Below are positions 40,004 through 49,142 of a stretch of 64,000 nucleotides of DNA, piece by piece. The notes beneath the pieces are model-generated. The model had not been told where the DNA came from and searched no databases. It was given only the letters and a program-made list of their open reading frames with translations. A program made the translations under genes and the position numbers. Position 1 is the stretch's first letter. Each line of letters starts with the position of its first letter. The stretch is taken from the NCBI GenBank assembly GCA_965203905.1, contig CBDBDQ010000005.1, positions 2,112,001-2,176,000 of the forward strand, read 5' to 3'. This stretch comes from Spirochaetia bacterium. Its GTDB lineage: Bacteria > Spirochaetota > Spirochaetia > SZUA-6 > Bin103.

Positions 40004-41405
40004 CACCATCTTCCACCGGTACGCACAGACCCAACCCGCGCTGTCTGCCGGCGCCTATCACCACCGGTCCGGCAACCGGTTCCGTGAACCACAGTTGCAC
40101 GTGGGAGTAGGGCAGTCCGGTTCTTCCGGGCCGGTTTATCTCCACGGGTGCGAGATCGACCGCGCCGTGCACCAGTGGAGCGCGCGCTGACCGGAACCGT
40201 ACGGGCGCCGGCAGGCCGGCGTGTTCGCACCAGCGCGACACTTGCGCAAGATCCAGACGGCCGCGGCGCTCATGCAATGCGGGGAATGCCGTCGCCCAGC
40301 AGCGCGACGATCGCGTCCAGCGAGCCGGGTTCGCGGCCATGGGCCGCTGCTCGTTGTCCCGAGGCAAGACCGGCACGTCGAGACCGCGACCGCTCAAGCG
40401 GCGTATCGCAAGCGCGGAGTCACGCGCCCGCCGGCGCGTTACCGCGTCGCAGCCGGGCGGAAGCCACAGTGCCAGGCCATGAATCCGTCCCCGCGATCGC
40501 GCGTACCCCACGTCGGGCAACGCCAGGTATCGAGCCAGGTCATAGCCGCTGCCGTTGCAGCCGTGCCCATGCAGAACGGGCGGAGGCTCGCCGTGGATCC
40601 GCTGATGTCGGCTCAGCAGCGCATCCTTGAACAGCGTGACCAGTGGCGTCACGCGTCGTCCCGATATGGCCTTCTTCAGAATGAGCCACGCCACCACCGT
40701 GCCGGCTTGTTCCGGAGTCGCCGCATTCGGCGAACGGTACGAGAGCTGATGGCGGAGGGCTGGAAACTGGGCGCGGGAGACATCGGCACCGCGCTCGGTC
40801 CACCGGTCGTACATCGAGTCCAGGATCCGCACGTCGCCTTTCTCGGGAACACTGATTGCTACATCCCCGGCAGCGTCCGGCACAAAGAGCTCGCCGACTA
40901 CGGACCAGTCGGGGATGCTCGTCCGCACGCGCATGCGTACCGGCGAATCTGCCGCTCCCAGGTATCCGACACGCGCCGCGCGTCGCCGGAGGCTCTCGAT
41001 TGTCTCCGGCGGCGCATCGGCTTCCCAGGAGTAGAGAACCTCGGGATGGCGCGGCGTGACTCGGACTCCCGGCCGTACCGGTGTGCCCTTACGCCCAGGG
41101 TATTCCTGATGGGTCGACCGCTCGGGGCTACCCTTATGCTCTACCACGAAGCGCGGCCGCAGCACTTGATGCCACGGCAGCGTGTGAGCATGGATCTTCG
41201 GTGGGGGAAGCTGCTCGAGCCACTCCAGCTCGGAGCCGTCTGTCACCAGACATCGCTCCCGGGTCCCGTCCGCCGCGACCATCGCTGCGAGAACGCGGGA
41301 GGGGGCCGGGGGCCACTCGCCGCGGGTCAGGCTGCCCGTGTTCGCGGTGCCATCGGGATCCGCGCGAAACGTGCCCTGCAGCAGCTCGACCGAGATCGCG
41401 AGCAT
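39987..41405 (-). CDS. csb2: type I-G Cas5/Cas6 fusion Csb2
   Basis: EWPPAPSR, YLGAADS, and a C-terminal Gly-rich loop GPVVIGAGRQRGLGLC. Confidence 0.9.
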   Translation of the reverse strand: MLAISVELLQGTFRADPDGTANTGSLTRGEWPPAPSRVLAAMVAADGTRERCLVTDGSELEWLEQLPPPKIHAHTLPWHQVLRPRFVVEHKGSPERSTHQEYPGRKGTPVRPGVRVTPRHPEVLYSWEADAPPETIESLRRRAARVGYLGAADSPVRMRVRTSIPDWSVVGELFVPDAAGDVAISVPEKGDVRILDSMYDRWTERGADVSRAQFPALRHQLSYRSPNAATPEQAGTVVAWLILKKAISGRRVTPLVTLFKDALLSRHQRIHGEPPPVLHGHGCNGSGYDLARYLALPDVGYARSRGRIHGLALWLPPGCDAVTRRRARDSALAIRRLSGRGLDVPVLPRDNEQRPMAANPARWTRSSRCWATAFPALHERRGRLDLAQVSRWCEHAGLPAPVRFRSARAPLVHGAVDLAPVEINRPGRTGLPYSHVQLWFTEPVAGPVVIGAGRQRGLGLCVPVEDGDGGDT

Positions 41406-42601
41406 CAGCCGTCGAGGTCCGGCCAGGTGGCTCGGATGGCCGTGCTCAGGTTGTCCTTGGGCGTGAGAACGAGGGCCGGTTGGTCCCAGCCGTCGAGCGG
41501 AACACCGGCCGATCCAGCGTGGTTCACCGCCGTCCGTAGCACCATGAGCGTCGCATCGGCGTCGCCGATCGTGCACGCTTCATCGCCACTGCTCCCGAGC
41601 CAGGTTGCCCGCACCGTCTTGGGACGCAGCTCGGCGCCGGAGCGCAGCGCGAACCCGCGCCCGAAGGCAAGCACGTGGGCGTGGAGCCCCAGCGCGACGA
41701 GGAGCGCACGAGCGGCGGCGTCCGCATCGGCGGAGTGGCCAGGGCCCAACGTGATCCGTCTCAGTTGGGCAAACGAGACCGTCGCACGCTGGGTCACCCG
41801 AGCGAACGAGACGGCGGCGGCGGCAGCTTCGTCGCCCATGAACGGCACCTGCCCATGGCCGATCTCGGAGAGCTTGTCCTTCTTGCCTCCTTTGACCTCC
41901 ACCTTGCCGATATCCCATTCCATCCGGTCATCAGGATTGGAAGTAATGGCCTCGTTGGTGTTCAGATTCAGTGCGTCACCCTTGAGACCCAGCACCCGCG
42001 TGGCGGTCGCAGCCGGGCTCCATCCCACGATCTCGGAGACCCACGCTCGCGCGTGCTTGGTGTTGTGCCGCTTTTTCCCCAGGTGAGACTGCCAGAATCC
42101 GAACAGCAGCGCCTGCGGAAACCAGGCCATGAGCGGACCGCACGACTGAGCCGTGGCTCCGAAGATCGCGCGTCCAAGGTCGGTCCGGGTGAAGTCGGCA
42201 TCACCAAGGCGGGCATCCCGCAGATACGCATCGGAATTGCGATGCGGGAACTCCAGGCTCGAGAGCCGGCGCGGCAGATGGGCCGGCAGGTTGGCCACGG
42301 CGGACAGGTCCAGCACCAGTTCGGGCACTCTGGTCGACTCCCGGTGCAGGCGGATCGCCTCCTCCAGGCGGTTCGCCTGCGACGGAACGTTGTCGATCAC
42401 GATCACCGGCGTCGGCGTCTCAGCGCCGGGCGAGGCCCAGCGCCGGTCCATCTGATACGTTCCTCCCTCGTAAACGGCCGGCTTGACCGTACCACCAGGA
42501 CCGGACAGAGGCTCCAGATCCGTGTCGATCCGAATGCCGTCGTCGAATGAGTCGTCGGCGCAGGCTGCAACAAGGGTATCGAGACTGATTGCTCTGGCCA
42601 C
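41405..42601 (-). CDS. csb1: type I-G Cas7 (Csb1)
   Basis: LEP..GPGGTVKPAVY, IDNVPSQANRLE, PHR..DAY, ALLFGFW, SEIGHG motifs; GGAGG RBS before GTG 42601. Confidence 0.92.
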   Translation of the reverse strand: MARAISLDTLVAACADDSFDDGIRIDTDLEPLSGPGGTVKPAVYEGGTYQMDRRWASPGAETPTPVIVIDNVPSQANRLEEAIRLHRESTRVPELVLDLSAVANLPAHLPRRLSSLEFPHRNSDAYLRDARLGDADFTRTDLGRAIFGATAQSCGPLMAWFPQALLFGFWQSHLGKKRHNTKHARAWVSEIVGWSPAATATRVLGLKGDALNLNTNEAITSNPDDRMEWDIGKVEVKGGKKDKLSEIGHGQVPFMGDEAAAAAVSFARVTQRATVSFAQLRRITLGPGHSADADAAARALLVALGLHAHVLAFGRGFALRSGAELRPKTVRATWLGSSGDEACTIGDADATLMVLRTAVNHAGSAGVPLDGWDQPALVLTPKDNLSTAIRATWPDLDG

Positions 42602-42807
42602 GCGGCCACCTCCGGAGAGTTGATCACTAGATCGGATGTTGATTCGCGGAACGGTGGACGAGTTCGTGAGACCGTGCACGAATTCGCCGATTCGCGAATC
42701 TGCTGCCGTGTAGTCGCGAAAACGCGAATCGTGGGTACGTCGGTATGCCGGCAAGCTTGACGAAACTCGTCGCGACCCTGCCAATGGCCGTCGTGAGAGA
42801 GCCAAGC

Positions 42808-45336
42808 GTGAACGTATCCGTTGATATGCCGGCGCGGGCGCGGATCGTGGTGATCGGCGCCGGCATCGTCGGCAACTGCCTGGTGGGGCACCTGGCGGAG
42901 CTGGGCTGGGATGAGCTGGTGCTGATCGACAAGGGGCCGCTGCCCGATCCGGGCGGGTCCACCGGGCACGCGTCGAACTTCATCTTTCCGACCGATCACA
43001 ACCGCGAGATCGCGATGCTGACCCTGGAGAGCCAGCGCCAATACGAGGCGCTGGGCGTGAACACCACCTGCGGCGGGGTCGAGGTGGCGCGCACCGAGGA
43101 GCGCATGGAGGAGCTGCGCCGGCGCATGACCTCGGCGCGTTCCTGGGGGATCGAGGCGGAGCTGCTGACGCCGGACCAGGTGGTGGCACGTATTCCGTTC
43201 GTGGACGGCGCCGTGATCAAGGGCGGCTTCTGGATGCCGGCGGTGTCGGTGGTGGACTCGGTGCAGGCGGGCACCGTGATGCGCGAACGGGCGCTGGCCA
43301 GGGGCGCGCTGACCGTGCTGGACAACACCGAGGTGACCGGGCTGGAGCTGGAGCGGCGCCGGTTCGGCCGTCCGCGCATCCGCGCCGTCGTGACCGGCGG
43401 CGGCACCATCGAAGCGGAGCAGGTGGTGATCGCCTGCGGCGTGTGGAGTCCGCGCATCGCCGCCATGGCCGGGGCCAGCATCCCCCTCACCCCCGCCGTG
43501 CACCAGATGGCGGACATGGGACCGGTCGACCTGCTGGCCAGGACCGGCAACGAGATTGGCTACCCGATCGTGCGCGACATGGACGTGTTCATGTACGAGC
43601 GCCAGAGCCACGAGGCGATGGAGGTGGGTTCCTACGCCCATCGCCCGATCCTGGTGCGCCCCGACGACATCCCCTCGCTCGCCGAGGCGGAGCGCTCGCC
43701 TACCGAGATGCCGTTTACCGGCGCCGACTTCGCGCCCCAGCTTGGCCACGCGCGCGAGATCATGGGCGAGCTGCTCGCCGGCACGGAGATGCAATACGCG
43801 GTGAACGGGCTGCTGTCGCTGACGCCGGACACGCACCAGGTGCTCGGCGAGACCGCGGAGGTGGAGAAGCTGTGGTCGGCGGCGGCGGTGTGGATCAAGG
43901 AGGGGCCGGGCACGGCGCGCCTGATCGCGGAGTGGATCACCTACGGCTACCCCCGCCTGTGCGATCCCCACGCCTCCGACATCACCCGCTTCTACGCCCA
44001 CGAGCGCACCGAGCAGCACATCCGCGGGCGCTGCGACGAACACTTCAACAAGACCTACGGCATCGTCCACCCGCGCGAGCAGTGGGCGTCCGAGCGCGGC
44101 ATGAACCGCGCCCCGTTCCACGACCGCACCACGGCCCTGGGCGCCGAGTACCACGAGGCGCGCGGCTGGGAGCGCCCGCAGTGGTACGCGTCGAATGCCG
44201 ACCTGGTGGAGCGTTACGGCGTCTCCGACCGGCCGCACGAGTGGGACCGGCGCTGGTGGTCGCCGATCAGCACCGCCGAGCACCTGCACCTGCGGGAGAA
44301 GGTGGGGATCGTCGACCTCAGCGCGTTCCAGATCTTCGACCTCTCCGGACCCGGCGTGGTGCCCTGCCTGGAGCACCTCACGGTCAACAAGTGCGACCGC
44401 CCGGTGGGCAGCTCGATCTATACGCCGCTGCTCACCCCGGACGGCGGCATCCGCGCCGACCTCACCATCCAGCGCCTGGCGGCGGACCGCTTCCGCGTGG
44501 TCACCGGCGCCTTCGACGGGGCGCGCGACGAGGTGTGGTTCCGGCGCCACCTGCCGGCGGACGGCTCGGTGCAGTTCGAGAACCTGTCATCGGCGCTGTG
44601 CACCATCGGCGTGTGGGGACCGGAAGCGCCCGCGCTGCTGGCCGGCATCACCGGCACCGGCCTGGCGCAGGCGGACTTTCCGTACGGCACGGTGCGGGAG
44701 GCGATCATCGACGGCGTGCCCGTGACCATGCTGCGCATCTCCTACGTCGGTGAGAACGGCTGGGAGATCACCACCCGCATGCAGCACGGCGTGCGCCTGT
44801 GGGACGCGCTGTGGCAAGCGGGCCGCCCGCTCGACGCCCGCCCGGTGGGCATCGGCGTGTACGGCACCACCGGGCGCATGGAGAAGGGCTACCTGCTGAT
44901 GGGATCCGACCTCACCGCCGAGTACTCGCCGGTGGAGGCCGGCCTGGCGCGGCCGCGCGTGAAGCGGGACGACTTCATCGGCAAGCAGGCCTACCTGAAG
45001 GCTCGCGCGACCGCTCCCGCCGCGCGGATGTGCGCGCTGACCATGGACGACCACACCGGCGCCGCCGGCAGCGCGCGCTTCCCCACCGGCGGCAACGAGC
45101 CGATCCTGACCGCGGACGGCTCCCGCATCGCCGACGCCCACGGCCGCGAGTCACGCGTCACCTCCGCTGGCCTGGGGCCGTCGGTGGGCAAGTACCTGCT
45201 GTTCGCCTACCTGCCGCCGGTGCACGCGGCACCCGGAACCCGCCTGCAGGTGTTGTACATGAACGAGCCCTTCCCGGTGACGGTAGCCGCCGGCCTGGCG
45301 ACGTTCGATCCCGCCGACACGCGCATGAAGGCATGA
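42808..45336 (+). CDS. FAD-dependent oxidoreductase with GcvT C-terminus (dimethylglycine oxidase/dehydrogenase-like)
   Basis: VIGAGIVG, GGSTGHAS, GWERP, RISYVGENGWE motifs. Confidence 0.9.
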   Translation: MNVSVDMPARARIVVIGAGIVGNCLVGHLAELGWDELVLIDKGPLPDPGGSTGHASNFIFPTDHNREIAMLTLESQRQYEALGVNTTCGGVEVARTEERMEELRRRMTSARSWGIEAELLTPDQVVARIPFVDGAVIKGGFWMPAVSVVDSVQAGTVMRERALARGALTVLDNTEVTGLELERRRFGRPRIRAVVTGGGTIEAEQVVIACGVWSPRIAAMAGASIPLTPAVHQMADMGPVDLLARTGNEIGYPIVRDMDVFMYERQSHEAMEVGSYAHRPILVRPDDIPSLAEAERSPTEMPFTGADFAPQLGHAREIMGELLAGTEMQYAVNGLLSLTPDTHQVLGETAEVEKLWSAAAVWIKEGPGTARLIAEWITYGYPRLCDPHASDITRFYAHERTEQHIRGRCDEHFNKTYGIVHPREQWASERGMNRAPFHDRTTALGAEYHEARGWERPQWYASNADLVERYGVSDRPHEWDRRWWSPISTAEHLHLREKVGIVDLSAFQIFDLSGPGVVPCLEHLTVNKCDRPVGSSIYTPLLTPDGGIRADLTIQRLAADRFRVVTGAFDGARDEVWFRRHLPADGSVQFENLSSALCTIGVWGPEAPALLAGITGTGLAQADFPYGTVREAIIDGVPVTMLRISYVGENGWEITTRMQHGVRLWDALWQAGRPLDARPVGIGVYGTTGRMEKGYLLMGSDLTAEYSPVEAGLARPRVKRDDFIGKQAYLKARATAPAARMCALTMDDHTGAAGSARFPTGGNEPILTADGSRIADAHGRESRVTSAGLGPSVGKYLLFAYLPPVHAAPGTRLQVLYMNEPFPVTVAAGLATFDPADTRMKA

Positions 45337-45407
45337 ACCGCGGTTGCCGGTGTCGCAAAGTGCCGTCACGATATAGGCAAGTTGTGGAGCGGTTCGAAGG
45401 TGATCAA

Positions 45408-45851
45408 GTGGCCGTGTCTCGGAGCGTGGCGGAGGCCGTGGCGTTCATCTTGGGCGGAGTCGCCGGCATCGGCCTGGAGGTACATTCGGATGCCGAATTG
45501 GCCGACGCCGTGGCTGCCGGCTTCGACGTGAAGGCGATCGACGCGCTCAAGCAGAGGGGCGTTACCGGTGCGGAAGTGAACTCTCTCATCATCAAGCCGC
45601 GTACCCTGTCGCACAGGCGGGCGAATGGAGGCAGGCTGACGGTCGATGAGTCCGATCGCGCCGCACGGGTGGCGCGGGGCCTGGTGCTCGCGGAGAGAAC
45701 CTTCGCCAACCGAGAAAAAGCAAGCCGCTGGATGCACCGAAATCTCGGCACGCTCGGCGGTCGCACGCCGATGGAACTGCTCCGCACGGATGCCGGCGCC
45801 CGCGCCGTCGAGAGTCTGCTGGCGCGAATCTCCTGGGGCGCGGCGGCCTGA
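45408..45851 (+). CDS. Xre/MbcA/ParS-type antitoxin (orphan; no RES toxin follows)
   Basis: RTLSHRR..LTVDESDR..R, KASRWM..LGGRTPMELLRTDAGARAVESLL. Confidence 0.82.
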   Translation: MAVSRSVAEAVAFILGGVAGIGLEVHSDAELADAVAAGFDVKAIDALKQRGVTGAEVNSLIIKPRTLSHRRANGGRLTVDESDRAARVARGLVLAERTFANREKASRWMHRNLGTLGGRTPMELLRTDAGARAVESLLARISWGAAA

Positions 45852-45876
45852 TGTGCTTACCGAACGCCGTACAGCT

Positions 45877-46614
45877 CTACTCACCTATATTCGGCGGCTC
45901 ATCAATCATTTCGATCCAACTCAAGAGCTCATTCCTCCGGCTCTTCAATCGCTGCTTCACCTCGTCCCTAAAGTCATCCTCCCCAAGAGAGAGCCGACCA
46001 AGAGTGCTTCCAACATCATGCCACCAAGGAAGCAAGCTTGTCTGATCGAAAGAGTTCTCAATGTAACCTCGTAGCTTTCTGACGATACCTTTCAACTCAT
46101 CGTGAGCCTTCCAAGAGGCTTCTTTTGCCTTCTCTTTCTTCGTCTCGTCATCGTACGATACTGTTGAATGAATCTCATCATACGCCGGATCCAAGACTAT
46201 GACCATCGCCTTCAGCATGTCAATTACAATTGTTGAATTACTTTCAATACAGAACAAATGCTCTGATTGTCTGTCCACACGAGAAATTAGATCTGCCGAT
46301 TCACCAGTCCTCGCTACAACATCGTCGGAGGTCGTATCATACTTACTTCTTCGAGAATGCCACAACGTCCAAAAAAAGACACCAACAAAAATCAAGAACA
46401 GTGCGTCGAAGATTCGCTCTCCCCAGTCCAACTGGCTCACAAAAAGCAACAGACGAGCAATGAGCGACTTCCAAGCAGAAATGTCATCGGAGACGCTTGC
46501 TAATCCCAGAAGGTCAATAAGATTCTGGGCACGCGCAAGAATGCCCGAAGTTATGCCGCCGGATCCTGAAACCCATTGTAGTCTTCGCAGCCACTTTTTA
46601 CGGGCAGTTCGCAT
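45877..46614 (-). CDS. hypothetical membrane-anchored protein
   Basis: 245-aa ORF in lower-GC DNA with a hydrophobic segment IFDALFLIFVGVFFWTLW. Confidence 0.55.
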   Translation of the reverse strand: MRTARKKWLRRLQWVSGSGGITSGILARAQNLIDLLGLASVSDDISAWKSLIARLLLFVSQLDWGERIFDALFLIFVGVFFWTLWHSRRSKYDTTSDDVVARTGESADLISRVDRQSEHLFCIESNSTIVIDMLKAMVIVLDPAYDEIHSTVSYDDETKKEKAKEASWKAHDELKGIVRKLRGYIENSFDQTSLLPWWHDVGSTLGRLSLGEDDFRDEVKQRLKSRRNELLSWIEMIDEPPNIGE

Positions 46615-47022
46615 TCGGTAGCCTCAGAGAGCTCCTCTATCTGCGTTGATGCTCATATAGGAAGCCTTGTGGAGAGACAGAGACGACTACTCTCGTAGCA
46701 CCGGTACGTGATTCGCACGAACCGGCACAGAGACTGCCGGATTCAGCGTGTCGGTCTATTGAATGCAAAGGGAATACGCACATGTGCCATCATAGTGTCG
46801 TCAGCTCGGCACCACAGCGCGCGAGAGTATAGTCCATCGCCGATTGGTGGTTTCCGTGTAATACCGGCAATTAAGTCCGCGCAAGTGGCGAATCTAGGAA
46901 TCCGGCACCGCATGAGGTGAGACCTTGACCGTCCGTGATCTTGCCACTTGTGGCGTCGAAGTGTCGATAATCTGGAGAATCCGTTCTACTTATCCAATCC
47001 GTATACGGTTGAGTCCAAATGC

Positions 47023-48204
47023 TCATTTGCCGTTCTTCAACCTGAATGCGGAAACCACTTCCTGTTTAATCAATCCCCTATGACCCTTTCGTTTGGGTGC
47101 AAGCGTTCTACTTTGGATTCTGTCTTCGAATCGGTCGAACAAGCGAAAGTTCATACTCTCCAATATCTGGTTTAGTGCGTCCCATGTGAGGATTCTTCGT
47201 CCTCCCACAAGGTTATCGCCACAGACTAGTATTAGGGTGCCATCCGGCGCAAGTAAATCCTTAAACGAGAGGAATGCCATCTCCATATCCCGAAAATACC
47301 GATGGACAATAGCCGCACGTTTCATACATTGAATTTCAAGTTCTCTTAGTTGAGGAACCAGTTCTCTTCTATGCTTCGACTGTTCATCATAAACTAGAGA
47401 AGTACTAACACCTCGCTCTGTACCTATGAACTCCCGAATAATGCAGTCCACACGGAACGGCAACAAGCCCTCGAGCATGTAGAGCTCAAGTTTCGCGTTT
47501 CTAAAGTAATCCTGAGCATTGACGTACGGAGGGGAGGTGATGACATGTGAACACGTAAACGAATCCCTATGGGACCGCGCCGCATCAATGACACTGATGT
47601 GATGCACACTTGGGCCAACGTCTTGCGGGTCTCCGTAGAACCTCGAGAGTTCACTAAGGACGCTCTGAAGGACGATCATAGGATCAAAATGCTTCCCTTT
47701 TCGTACCCTCCGCGCTTCCTGTGAAATAAACGGCTTAGGGCTACGCTGGTCGGACCGTGAACACGGGCGGACGGAGAGCCCCATCGATAGGAGCACTCCA
47801 CGCCCCGCTGCCGTATCATTGAGTCCCATCTCCGACGCTACGAACCGGATCTGCTGGAACTTCCGTAGTGTGGCGGGTGTGAACCAATATCTCGCATTAC
47901 TCCAGGCTAGGGGCAGTTCTTTGCTCGAATGAGCGCGACATACGAGATCGTCGCAAAGCCGCCTTGCTTCGTCAGCGTCGAACCCCTCAATCTTTACCTG
48001 CGATAGGAGAACGCCAAACGGATTGATGTCCATCCCAGAGACCTTAAGGCTCTCTTTGCGGGCGGCGTAGAGTACCGCTCCGGATCCGCAAAACGGATCG
48101 ACCAAGTGGCTCGCATCACTAGCATACCGAGTGACGAGTGTTCGCGCGAGATGTGAAACCATCTTTCCTGGATAGCGGTCTATGCGCGCGGGTGGAGATG
48201 TCAT
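47023..48204 (-). CDS. DNA amino-methyltransferase (N4-C/N6-A)
   Basis: RYPGKM, motif I DPFCGSG, motif IV TSPPY; ATGA overlap with the upstream gene. Confidence 0.85.
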   Translation of the reverse strand: MTSPPARIDRYPGKMVSHLARTLVTRYASDASHLVDPFCGSGAVLYAARKESLKVSGMDINPFGVLLSQVKIEGFDADEARRLCDDLVCRAHSSKELPLAWSNARYWFTPATLRKFQQIRFVASEMGLNDTAAGRGVLLSMGLSVRPCSRSDQRSPKPFISQEARRVRKGKHFDPMIVLQSVLSELSRFYGDPQDVGPSVHHISVIDAARSHRDSFTCSHVITSPPYVNAQDYFRNAKLELYMLEGLLPFRVDCIIREFIGTERGVSTSLVYDEQSKHRRELVPQLRELEIQCMKRAAIVHRYFRDMEMAFLSFKDLLAPDGTLILVCGDNLVGGRRILTWDALNQILESMNFRLFDRFEDRIQSRTLAPKRKGHRGLIKQEVVSAFRLKNGK

Positions 48205-49142
48205 TCTGGGCAAAAAATTATCCATCTGTTCCCAATACCGCGGGAATAGTAATGGAGATTATGTCGCAATACCTGCGAGTAGATCAAAGAAGGGGGGTCC
48301 GTACACTCGCGGATGTAGGTGTACGCTCCCACTGCTTGGGGCTTGGGTCCAAGGGGACACACGGCACGACGAAAGTCCGAATACACGCGGACATCACCCA
48401 AGACGCGACTCAGAACCCTAATCGTCGAACTAGGATCAATAGCATCAGCACGATCCACACAGGACTGGTCATCAATCGTAGCCACAAGGTTGCGATTGAG
48501 ACGTTCCGTTCGGCCCTTCCACTCAGGACGGAACGGCGGGTCTGGCACGATGAGCGTCGTGCGCTTCGGCTGGAGAATCTCATACGTTGAAAGTGCGCGG
48601 TCGCCTTCGTATCCCAAGAGCATCACAGCGTGAAGTGGCCGGCTCGGGTTGGCAGATGGAGCAAACCCCGGGAGCAGCGTCACGGATGACACGCCGAACG
48701 AAAGGGGCAATCGCCCTTTGATCTCATACTCTTCGGGTTCGCTGTATACTATCCAAAGACGATCCCAGAGTCCACAATCGTCAAGAAGTCGTAAAAGAAG
48801 GAGGAGAGTGCGTTTCGACATCACCGAGATATCCACAACTACCGGGCGACTTCCACTCTCTCGCAAGACGGATCGAAGAGGGCGGTGTCCATCGGCCGAT
48901 GTCTCCGTGATGCAACTCAAGGAAAGCTCCACGACCGGCGATCGCGCTTCTAACATGGATAGTAGCGTCATTCGATGCTCGTAACCCGAAGGTGTCTCCT
49001 CTTCGTACCCGAACAAAATGGTCTTCTTGGGAACCCAATCTTCACAATCTCCCAAGATCCCGAGACATCGCGGCTCGTGACTTGAGCACACCAACAGCAG
49101 GCAGTCCTGTGGAAGTAACTCTTGATCAAATACCGCCTTCAT
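48201..49142 (-). CDS. conserved hypothetical protein, possibly tandem CARF-like Rossmann fold
   Basis: VVVDISVMSK, IVYSEP, LLGYEGDR and PLGPKPQ repeated-fold motifs; coupled to the ATPase and MTase genes. The fold call is an inference. Confidence 0.6.
   Translation of the reverse strand: MKAVFDQELLPQDCLLLVCSSHEPRCLGILGDCEDWVPKKTILFGYEEETPSGYEHRMTLLSMLEARSPVVELSLSCITETSADGHRPLRSVLRESGSRPVVVDISVMSKRTLLLLLRLLDDCGLWDRLWIVYSEPEEYEIKGRLPLSFGVSSVTLLPGFAPSANPSRPLHAVMLLGYEGDRALSTYEILQPKRTTLIVPDPPFRPEWKGRTERLNRNLVATIDDQSCVDRADAIDPSSTIRVLSRVLGDVRVYSDFRRAVCPLGPKPQAVGAYTYIRECTDPPSLIYSQVLRHNLHYYSRGIGNRWIIFCPE

Noticed and set aside
42602-42807. Possible self-target of the CRISPR spacer in the cas promoter (shared CGTGCAC)
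   Set aside because: Only about 7 bp match, which is expected by chance.
46880-46952. Inverted repeat CAAGTGGC...GCCACTTG in an island intergenic region
   Set aside because: Short (8 bp) and single, with no other support for an ncRNA or recombination site.
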